A DNA stretch of 46,073 bases from an uncultured Clostridia bacterium (lineage in GTDB: Bacteria; Bacillota; Clostridia; Christensenellales; CALMFG01), in the NCBI GenBank assembly GCA_937863465.1, contig CALMFG010000102.1, forward strand, positions 1 through 46,073, given 5' to 3'. The position numbers and the translations under genes are program-made. Below the pieces are notes generated by a model that was not told where the DNA came from, made no database searches, and was given only the letters and a program-made list of their open reading frames with translations. This document shows positions 9,244 through 16,551 of this stretch, one piece after another. Position 1 is the stretch's first letter. Each line of letters begins with the position of its first letter.

Positions 9244-10620
9244 CTACAGCGGCTGGAAAGTGCTCCTTTTAATATACTGCCCCCGGCCCTTTTCACCGAC
9301 AAATTGGTTGTTCTCCACGATTTTCTCGCCGCGGGAGAACACCGCGGCAATTTCGCCACGCGTCCCCATGGCCTCAAACGGTGTATAGTCGCAGTTCTCG
9401 TGCAGGTTCTTGTGCGCAATCTTTCCTCTGGCCGATTCATCCACCACCACCAGGTCGGCGTCCGCGCCTTCGGCAATCCGGCCTTTTTGCGGAAAAAGCC
9501 CAAAGAGTTTGGCCGGATTTTCGGCGCAGGTTTTCACCACCGTGTTAAAGTCAATTTTCCCTTCCAACGCCAGACTGATGAGAAGGGGATAGCGCGTCTC
9601 CACGCCGGGCATACCGTTGGGGCATTTAGTGAAATTGTCTTTACCGAACTGCTTGTCATGCGCATAGTTAAACGGGCAGTGGTCGGTGCCGAGCGTATCG
9701 ATTTCGCCTAAGCGAAGCGCCTGCATGAGCAAATTGTTGTTCTCCTTTGCCCGAAGCGGCGGAGACAGGATATATTTTAAGCCGTCCGGCTTTTTATATA
9801 ACGTTTCGTCCAAAAACAGGTACTGCGGACAGCTCTCCACAAAGAAGTTTTCATATCCTCCGCGCCGGAAAAAGTCGATGTATTCCAGACTTAAACCCGT
9901 CGAGACATGCACCAGATACAGCGGCGCGTCGCCCGCCGTGCGGCCCAGCGACAGTACGCGGTTGACCGCCTCGGCCTCGGCCATAGGCGGGCGGCTTAGC
10001 GGATGATATTCCGGTCCGGTCTTCCCCTGCTTGATATATTCGGTTTTCAGGTGTTCCACGATATCGTTGTTTTCGCAGTGCACGGCGACCAGCATACCCA
10101 ACGCTCTCGCGCGTTCCAAGACCCGCAGGATTTCGTCGTCGCTGAGTTTGCCTGAATACGTCATGTAGATCTTTACGCTGGAAATGCCATGCTCCTTCAA
10201 TTTTTCGAGTTCGTTTAAAATCCCGTCGTCCACGCGCTGCAAAACGCCGTGAAAGCCGTAATCGATGACGGCCTTTCCTTCGGCCAGCGTATGGTACAGG
10301 TCAATTTGATGCATCAGGCCGCACCCATCCGGCCCAAAGCCGGGATGATCTACGATAGTCGTGGTGCCGCCGCAGGCCGCGGCCACCGTGCCGGTGTAAA
10401 AATCGTCGTTGGCATGCGCAAACCCGACATCCAGATCAAAATGCGTATGCACATCCACCGCGCCGGGCAGAATGGTTTTGCCCAGGGCGTCGAAAACTTC
10501 CTCGCCTTCTTCGGCGGAAAGTCTCTTTGCCAGCGCCTCAATCTTCCCGTCTTTTGTCCGAATATCCAGCGGTTTAAATCCGTTTTTGGTATATACTTTG
10601 CCGCCTGTAATCAGCATCGC
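9244..10620 (-). CDS. cyclic amidohydrolase: dihydropyrimidinase / D-hydantoinase (HyuA-like)
   Basis: The ORF track starts at 10671. I prefer ATG 10620 (MLITGGKVY..., AGGAGA 6 nt upstream; 458 aa). Motifs seen: DVHTHFD (HxH metal site), SSVKIYMTY (context of the carbamylated Lys), VAVHCEN, LGTDHCPF. Confidence 0.85.
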   Translation of the reverse strand, partial: AMLITGGKVYTKNGFKPLDIRTKDGKIEALAKRLSAEEGEEVFDALGKTILPGAVDVHTHFDLDVGFAHANDDFYTGTVAAACGGTTTIVDHPGFGPDGCGLMHQIDLYHTLAEGKAVIDYGFHGVLQRVDDGILNELEKLKEHGISSVKIYMTYSGKLSDDEILRVLERARALGMLVAVHCENNDIVEHLKTEYIKQGKTGPEYHPLSRPPMAEAEAVNRVLSLGRTAGDAPLYLVHVSTGLSLEYIDFFRRGGYENFFVESCPQYLFLDETLYKKPDGLKYILSPPLRAKENNNLLMQALRLGEIDTLGTDHCPFNYAHDKQFGKDNFTKCPNGMPGVETRYPLLISLALEGKIDFNTVVKTCAENPAKLFGLFPQKGRIAEGADADLVVVDESARGKIAHKNLHENCDYTPFEAMGTRGEIAAVFSRGEKIVENNQFVGEKGRGQYIKRSTFQPL

Positions 10621-10650
10621 TCTTCTCCTGAAATTAAATTTCGCTCCCGA

Positions 10651-10683
10651 TAAAAAAACACCGAAGCGCAAGCCCTCCGGTGT
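10651..10683 (-). terminator. rho-independent terminator after the YegP-like gene
   Basis: Minus strand ACACCGGAG (10683-10675) pairs with CUUCGGUGU (10666-10658), 9 bp with one G-U. The loop is 8 nt and is followed by UUUUUUU. Confidence 0.65.
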
Positions 10684-10698
10684 TGTCCTGTTTAAGTC

Positions 10699-10881
10699 TT
10701 AGTTTTCAACTTCGACGACTTCGGCCGCCGGCGCATTCTTTTTCACCGATTCAATGCCGTTCATGCAGCCATCTTTGGAAGAATATCCTTCACCGGTTGC
10801 AATCACCTGGCCGTTTGCCGCTTTTAAACGAAATCTATAATCGCCTTTTTTGTCCTTATATACTTCAAATTTTGCTGCCAT
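10699..10881 (-). CDS. YegP/DUF1508 (UPF0339) family small protein, single repeat
   Basis: 60 aa. MAAKFEVYKDKKGDYRFRLKAANGQVIATGEGYSSKDGCMNGIESVKKNA matches the YegP repeat pattern (F.....k.g.yrfrLka.NgevI..segY.sk......I.svk.na). AGGAGG lies 8 nt upstream. Confidence 0.8.
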   Translation of the reverse strand: MAAKFEVYKDKKGDYRFRLKAANGQVIATGEGYSSKDGCMNGIESVKKNAPAAEVVEVEN

Positions 10882-10931
10882 TTCGACGTCCTCCTGAAAA
10901 ATAGCTTTTATTTATTATATTATACTGCTTT

Positions 10932-11420
10932 TTATTCATGGTCACAACTGCATTTACCGACGTTTTCCAATCCCTTTTTGGTCGCTTCCACAATCTTGGT
11001 GTAGCCGGTACAGCGGCAAAGGTGCCCCGACAGCGCACGCTTGATATCCGCTTCGGTGTAGTTCCTGTCCCGCGCTTCCATCTCGGTGGCCGTCATGATG
11101 ATGCCTGGCGTACAGAAACCGCACTGCACCGCACCGCCTTCCACGAAGGCTTTCTGCATATTGGTCAGCTCCCCATATTGGGAAAGCCCCTCCACCGTGA
11201 CCACCGTCTTGCCGTCCGCCCATGCGGCTAAGTATAGGCAGGAATCCACTGCCTGACCGTTCACCAGCACCGCACACGCGCCGCATTCACCCACGCCGCA
11301 TCCCTGCTTGGCGCCGGTCAGTCCCAGATCCTCGCGAATCAGCTCCAGAAGCGATTGTCCGGGATGAATCACCATGGTTCTCTGTTCATCGTTTATCGTA
11401 AAAGAAATCGTCTGTTCCAT
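10932..11420 (-). CDS. molybdenum hydroxylase (xanthine dehydrogenase family) small subunit, 2x[2Fe-2S]
   Basis: 162 aa. Motifs: CGVGECGACAV (plant-type cluster), then CGFCTPG and CRCTGY (second cluster). This is the CoxS/XdhC(Ec) type. Confidence 0.92.
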   Translation of the reverse strand: MEQTISFTINDEQRTMVIHPGQSLLELIREDLGLTGAKQGCGVGECGACAVLVNGQAVDSCLYLAAWADGKTVVTVEGLSQYGELTNMQKAFVEGGAVQCGFCTPGIIMTATEMEARDRNYTEADIKRALSGHLCRCTGYTKIVEATKKGLENVGKCSCDHE

Positions 11421-11429
11421 ATCTTTTTT

Positions 11430-12302
11430 TCACTCCTCTTCGGGCAGTCCAACCAGCTTTTTTACCGCCCGTTTGGTCAGCTCATACACCAGATGCTCGC
11501 GGAAGGTTTTGGACCCGCGCCAGGAATCGCGCGCGCGCATATTGGTGATGGTGGCTTTGGCCATGGCGTCAATATTTTCGGGCGAAATGGTCATCCCCCG
11601 GCCGATGTTCTCGGCGTCGGTACAGCGAATCGGCGTCGGCGCGGCTACGCCCAGACCGATGCGGATGTCCGATATGGTCTTGCCGTCGTGCTTTAAAATC
11701 ACCGCACAGCCGATGGTCGCGATGTCCATCGCACTGCGCTGGGCAAATTTCTTGTAGGTTCCGGTATAGCCGTCATAGTCTTTTTTCTCAATGATGATGT
11801 CGGTCACAAGCTCGCCGGGCTGGAGAATCACCTTGCCGGGCCCGACATAGAATTCGGAAATCGGCACCAATCTGCTGGAATCCGCCGTCTGGATTTTCAG
11901 CCTGGCGTTCAGGCAAAACAGCGAGGACGCGCTGTCCGCGCTGGTCGCGCCGTTGCAGACATTGCCGCCGATGGTGGCCACGTTGCGAATCTGCGGCCCG
12001 CCGATGGCGCCCACCGCCTCGGCCAGAATCGGGATATGCTTTAGGATAATTTCGTTTTCCTCAATAGCGGTAAACGTCATCATGGGCCCAATATGCAGAT
12101 TGCCCTGTTCGTCCTCCGTAATGGTTTTTAGGGCGAAAATAAAGCTGATGCCCATGAGGTGCGCATTTGAAATCTTGCCTTCGCGGATACGTAAAAGCAC
12201 ATCCGTTCCGCCCGCAATCACCCTGACGTCAGGATTCGCTTTTAAGTAGCTAAGCGCATCCTCCAGCGTCTTGGCTTCATAGTATTTGGCTATATCAAAC
12301 AT
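11430..12302 (-). CDS. molybdenum hydroxylase FAD-binding subunit (CoxM / XdhB type)
   Basis: 290 aa. Motifs: VIAGGTDVLLRIREGK and ATIGGNVCNG (PCMH-type FAD binding). It is tightly packed between the Mo and FeS subunit genes. Confidence 0.9.
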   Translation of the reverse strand: MFDIAKYYEAKTLEDALSYLKANPDVRVIAGGTDVLLRIREGKISNAHLMGISFIFALKTITEDEQGNLHIGPMMTFTAIEENEIILKHIPILAEAVGAIGGPQIRNVATIGGNVCNGATSADSASSLFCLNARLKIQTADSSRLVPISEFYVGPGKVILQPGELVTDIIIEKKDYDGYTGTYKKFAQRSAMDIATIGCAVILKHDGKTISDIRIGLGVAAPTPIRCTDAENIGRGMTISPENIDAMAKATITNMRARDSWRGSKTFREHLVYELTKRAVKKLVGLPEEE

Positions 12303-12316
12303 CTCATTTATCCCCT

Positions 12317-14614
12317 CTAGTTCAGTCCCGCTTCGCGGAAAGCCTCAAACAGGCTCTGCGGGTTCATGGGCGTCGCAAACACCCGAACGCCGGTGGCATG
12401 TTTAATGGCGTTTCGAATTGCCGCCGCCGGCGGCACAGCCGGAGGTTCGCCCAAAGCCTTGTTGCCGAACGGGCCGGTCACGTCATAGGGCTCCACAAAA
12501 TCCACATCGAAATGCGGCGTATCCAAAACGGTCGGCAGTTTATAATCCAGGAGATTATCGGTCAGCATCTGCCCGGTCTTCGGATCATATTTCAGCCCTT
12601 CGGACAGCGCCAAACCGCAGCTCATACTCATGCCGCCCTCCACCTGGCCCGAAGCCAGAATGGGGTTGATAATCGTTCCGCTGTCGTGGATGTTGCAGAT
12701 CTTTAAGATGTTGACCTTCCCGGTCTTCACGTCCACTTCCACTTCGGTCACGCATACGCCAAAAGCCAGTGCATTGCTCTTGACGTTGGCGCTCTTTTCG
12801 CTTGCGATGGTGGAGGATTCATCCTTTTCGTAGAAGCTCTCCATCGCCAGCTGTTCCAGCGTGCAAAGCAATCGTCCCGCGCTGACGCGATAAATCTTCG
12901 CATCGCGTATCTCCACGTCTTTTACGTCGATATCATACTTTTTCGCCGCGCGCGCGCAGACCTGATCGCGTACGCTCTCGGCCGCCTGGCGCACAGCCTG
13001 TCCGGCCACATAGGTCTGGCGGGAGGCATAAGCCCCCGGGTCGTAGGGGTGGATATCCGTATCGGTTCCCCGAACCACGTTGACCATTGAGAAAGGCACG
13101 CCCATCACTTCGGCCGCCATCTGGGCAAACACCGTGTCCGAACCCTGGCCAATCTCGGCCGCGCCCACGGTCAGCTGCAAACTGCCGTCCTGATTCATGG
13201 TGAGTCTGGCGCCGGCCAGCTCCATGGAGAACGGCCAAACCGCCGTGGCATAGGAAAACAGCGCAAAGCCAACGCCTTTCCGCTTGTCTCCCTTTTGGTT
13301 TAGATATTCTTTTCGCTTGTTGTCCCAATCGATATAGGCCTTGCCTTTTTCGATGCATTCAGGCAGACCGCAGGATTTTATCTCGATGCCCGAAACCGGA
13401 TCGACAAAACCCAGTTTCATCACATTCTTCTGTTTAAACTCAATCGGATCCATGCCGATATCATCGGCGAGATCATCCATATGGCACTCCACCGCAAAGT
13501 TGACCTGCGGAATGCCGTAACCGCGCATCGCGCCCGCCGTGGCCGTATTGGTGTATACGGTGTATCCGTTCCATTCGGTGGCCAACTCGGCCGGATAGGT
13601 TCTGGAGAAATTGGTGCCGCCCTTGGCGACAATCGAATGCCCGTGCGATGCATAGGCGCCGTTGTTGCCGATGCTCACCATTGACTTGGCCAAAAGTCTG
13701 CCGTCCTTTGAAACGCCGGTCTTAAACTTGAAGCGGATACCGTGACGGGTTCTGGATCCATAGAAAACCTCTTCGCGTGTCAAATCCACCATCACGGGCC
13801 GTCCGTTGCAGGCCAAGCTCAGCATGGCCGCCATGGGTTCAATCACCACGTCCTGCTTATTGCCAAATCCGCCGCCGATGTATGGCTGAATCACACGCAC
13901 CTTGCCGAACGGCAAATTCAGCGCATGGGCCACCACGCGTCGTACAATATGGGCAATTTGGGTAGAGGTTACGATGGTTAATCGGTCTTCGGGGTCTACA
14001 TAAGCGTACGCAATATGGTTCTCGAGGTGGGCGTGCTGAACAGGCGTCACGTCAAATTCCTGTTCCAGAATATAATCGCATTTTGAAAAAGCCGTGGACA
14101 GTTCTTCTTTGCCGTGTTTAATGTCGGTGTGCCGCAGGATATTGGTTTCGTCGCCGTGCAGAATGGGCGCGCCTTCCTTCATCGCCTCTTCGGCGTCCAA
14201 AACAAAGGGCAGGGCTTCATACGCCACCTTGATGAGCTTCACCGCTTTTTCAGCGGTCAGCTCGTCTTTGGCCACCACCGCGCCAATCTCATCACCGAAA
14301 AGCCTTATCTTTTCATTTAAAATCTGCCGGTCTGCGATGTCCTGATGGGCGGGGTTTAAGCTGTATGGGTGTCCGGCGCTTGGCCATGGGTTGGCCTTCA
14401 CGTCCTTGGGAAGAACAATTTTCACAACGCCGGGCAGTTTTTCCGCCTCGGAGATATCGTAGGATTTCACATAGCCATGCGCAATTTCGGCGCGCAGGAT
14501 TTTGGCATACAGCATCCCGGGCATTTTCATATCCCGGGTATACAATGCCCGACCGGTCACTTTTGCCGCAGCGTCTCCGCGCTGCACCGGCTTTCCAATC
14601 ACGTTAAAGCTCAT
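12317..14614 (-). CDS. molybdenum hydroxylase molybdopterin-binding large subunit (CoxL / XdhA type)
   Basis: The ORF track starts at GTG 14623. ATG 14614 (MSFNVIGKPV) has AAAGGTG 6 nt upstream. Motifs: IGGGFGNKQD, AGAMRGYGIPQ, EIGQGSDT, KALGEPPAVP. Substrate cannot be assigned from sequence alone. Confidence 0.92.
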   Translation of the reverse strand: MSFNVIGKPVQRGDAAAKVTGRALYTRDMKMPGMLYAKILRAEIAHGYVKSYDISEAEKLPGVVKIVLPKDVKANPWPSAGHPYSLNPAHQDIADRQILNEKIRLFGDEIGAVVAKDELTAEKAVKLIKVAYEALPFVLDAEEAMKEGAPILHGDETNILRHTDIKHGKEELSTAFSKCDYILEQEFDVTPVQHAHLENHIAYAYVDPEDRLTIVTSTQIAHIVRRVVAHALNLPFGKVRVIQPYIGGGFGNKQDVVIEPMAAMLSLACNGRPVMVDLTREEVFYGSRTRHGIRFKFKTGVSKDGRLLAKSMVSIGNNGAYASHGHSIVAKGGTNFSRTYPAELATEWNGYTVYTNTATAGAMRGYGIPQVNFAVECHMDDLADDIGMDPIEFKQKNVMKLGFVDPVSGIEIKSCGLPECIEKGKAYIDWDNKRKEYLNQKGDKRKGVGFALFSYATAVWPFSMELAGARLTMNQDGSLQLTVGAAEIGQGSDTVFAQMAAEVMGVPFSMVNVVRGTDTDIHPYDPGAYASRQTYVAGQAVRQAAESVRDQVCARAAKKYDIDVKDVEIRDAKIYRVSAGRLLCTLEQLAMESFYEKDESSTIASEKSANVKSNALAFGVCVTEVEVDVKTGKVNILKICNIHDSGTIINPILASGQVEGGMSMSCGLALSEGLKYDPKTGQMLTDNLLDYKLPTVLDTPHFDVDFVEPYDVTGPFGNKALGEPPAVPPAAAIRNAIKHATGVRVFATPMNPQSLFEAFREAGLN

Positions 14615-14641
14615 GCATATCACCTTTCTTAATACAAAGTG

Positions 14642-14650
14642 ATTATAACA
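14642..14650 (-). promoter_or_regulatory. candidate extended -10 promoter of the Mo hydroxylase operon
   Basis: The minus strand reads TGTTATAAT (14650-14642; TGnTATAAT), about 25 nt upstream of the large-subunit start. No good -35 is present. Confidence 0.35.
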
Positions 14651-14699
14651 TTTCTATTTTCTTTTGATATGAATAACCCAAGAAAGTTTTAAAAATTTT

Positions 14700-15881
14700 T
14701 TAAAGCCACCCGTTTTCTTTTAAAAATTCAGTAATCCGCTTAATCGCTTCTTTTAAGTTCTCCATGGAGGACGCATACGAACAGCGCATAAATCCTTCGC
14801 CGCCCTCGCCAAAAGCCGTACCCGGCACACAGGCGACGCGTTTTTCTTTGACCAGCCGTTCGCAGAACTCATCCGAAGAAAGCCCAGACAACCGGATATC
14901 CGGGAACATATAGAATGCGCCTTTGGGTTCAAAGCAGCGAAGGCCCAGCGCGTTAAACGCCTCAAACAGATACCGCCGGCGGTGGTCATACTGCTGAACC
15001 ATTTCGCGCACCTGTTTATATCCGTTTTTCCGCTCGGTCTTCAGCGCTTCCAGTCCTGCTTCCTGTGCCGCCGAGGGCGCGCAGAGGATTGTGTACTGGT
15101 GAATCTTCAGCATGGCTTTGGTTAAAGGCAGCGGCGCGGCCACATAGCCCAGCCGCCATCCGGTCATGGCAAAGGCCTTGGAGAAACCGTTAATGACGAT
15201 TGTCCGCTCCTTCATCCCCGGCAAAGTGGCGATAGAAACATGCTTGCCGTCATAGGTCAGTTCGGAATAGATTTCGTCCGATATGACGAGAAGGTCGTTT
15301 TCGATAATCACGTCCACAATGCCCGCCAGCTCTTCTTTTGTCATAATGCCGCCGGTCGGGTTGTTGGGGAAGGGCATAATCAGTGCTTTGGTTTTGGGGG
15401 TAATCACGCTTTTTAAAACATCCGCCGTGTACTTAAACGCGTTGGCGGCCACAGTCAGCACGGGCACAGCCACGCCGCCCGCCAGTTTGACGCCCGGCAT
15501 GTAGGAAACATAGGAGGGCGCGGGCACCAGAACCTCGTCGCCGGGGTTAATCACCGCGCGAAAAGCGATGTCCAGCGCTTCGGAAGCGCCGACGGTGACG
15601 ATGATCTGGTTGATGTCATATTGCAGGGCATTCCGCTCGTTTAAATAAGCGGCAATCTCCTGCCGCAAAGCGGTGGTGCCGTGGTTGGACGTGTAATGGG
15701 TTTTTCCGGTCTCAATCGCGTAGATGGCGTTTTCACAGATGTTCCAGGGCGTGGTGAAGTCGGGCTCGCCGACCCCCAGGCTGATGACATCCTCCATCTC
15801 GGAAGCAATATCAAAAAATTTCCGGATGCCGCTGGGCGGAATCTCGGCAACGACTTTGGCAATGTATTTGTCATAGTTCAT
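14700..15881 (-). CDS. class I/II PLP-dependent aminotransferase (YugH/AlaT-like)
   Basis: 393 aa. Motifs: IPPSGIRKFFDIASEMEDVISLGVGEPDFTTPW, PNNPTGG, and SKAFAMTGWRLGY (PLP Lys in the SKAF context). Its start overlaps the stop of the upstream Lrp-type gene (ATGA at 15878-15881). The arrangement matches B. subtilis alaR-alaT (yugG-yugH) as I recall it. Confidence 0.88.
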   Translation of the reverse strand: MNYDKYIAKVVAEIPPSGIRKFFDIASEMEDVISLGVGEPDFTTPWNICENAIYAIETGKTHYTSNHGTTALRQEIAAYLNERNALQYDINQIIVTVGASEALDIAFRAVINPGDEVLVPAPSYVSYMPGVKLAGGVAVPVLTVAANAFKYTADVLKSVITPKTKALIMPFPNNPTGGIMTKEELAGIVDVIIENDLLVISDEIYSELTYDGKHVSIATLPGMKERTIVINGFSKAFAMTGWRLGYVAAPLPLTKAMLKIHQYTILCAPSAAQEAGLEALKTERKNGYKQVREMVQQYDHRRRYLFEAFNALGLRCFEPKGAFYMFPDIRLSGLSSDEFCERLVKEKRVACVPGTAFGEGGEGFMRCSYASSMENLKEAIKRITEFLKENGWL

Positions 15882-16369
15882 GGCGAAATGACCAGCCTTT
15901 CGTCTTTGTCATCATCGGCAAAAATGACGCCGTGTTCCTTGTATTTTCTCATGATAAAGTAGGTGGCCGTGGAACGCACACCTTCCATCACCGCGAGTTT
16001 CTCAAACACAAATTCAGAAATCTGCTTCATGGTACTGGCTTCCACATGCACCGAAAGATCATAGGTGCCGCTCATCAGGTAAACGGCCGTCACTTCATCA
16101 AAGCGGTAGATCCGCTGGGCGATGCGGTCATATCCGAGGTCGCGCTGGGGTTCCACCTTCACTTCAATCAGACCTTCGGCATATTCGCTGTTAATCTTTT
16201 CGCGGTTAATCAGGGTCTTATACTTTAAGATGATTTTCTCATCTTCCAGCCCTTTAATCTCGGCGGCAACGGCCGCTTCACTTTCCCCAATCATGCTGGC
16301 TATCTCTTTTGCGGAGGCTTTCGCATCATCGCGCAGGATGTCGAGTATTTCGTTACGCATGTTTTTCAT
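15878..16369 (-). CDS. Lrp/AsnC family transcriptional regulator
   Basis: 163 aa. It has an N-terminal wHTH (ILDILRDDAKASAKEIASMIGESEAAV) and a C-terminal RAM-like domain (AEGLIEVKV...VTAVYLMSGTYDLSVHVEA). Confidence 0.88.
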   Translation of the reverse strand: MKNMRNEILDILRDDAKASAKEIASMIGESEAAVAAEIKGLEDEKIILKYKTLINREKINSEYAEGLIEVKVEPQRDLGYDRIAQRIYRFDEVTAVYLMSGTYDLSVHVEASTMKQISEFVFEKLAVMEGVRSTATYFIMRKYKEHGVIFADDDKDERLVISP

Positions 16370-16513
16370 CGTTTTTCTATGGCGTTATTGGACCGCGCCC
16401 GTTCCTTTCCTTTTTTTTATATAGTTCTATCATTCTATCACTGTTGTCATTTTCGCGTCAACAACAACGATTCCCATATTCCCGTTTTCGCGCGCTCAAA
16501 ACAGATGAAAGCA

Positions 16514-16522
16514 TGATATAAT
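16514..16522 (+). promoter_or_regulatory. candidate extended -10 promoter of the fused Mo hydroxylase gene
   Basis: TGATATAAT (TGnTATAAT) lies about 30 nt upstream of ATG 16552. GGAGAG (16541-16546) serves as the RBS. Confidence 0.4.
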
Positions 16523-16551
16523 GTAGGCACTTGTATAATTGGAGAGTACGC

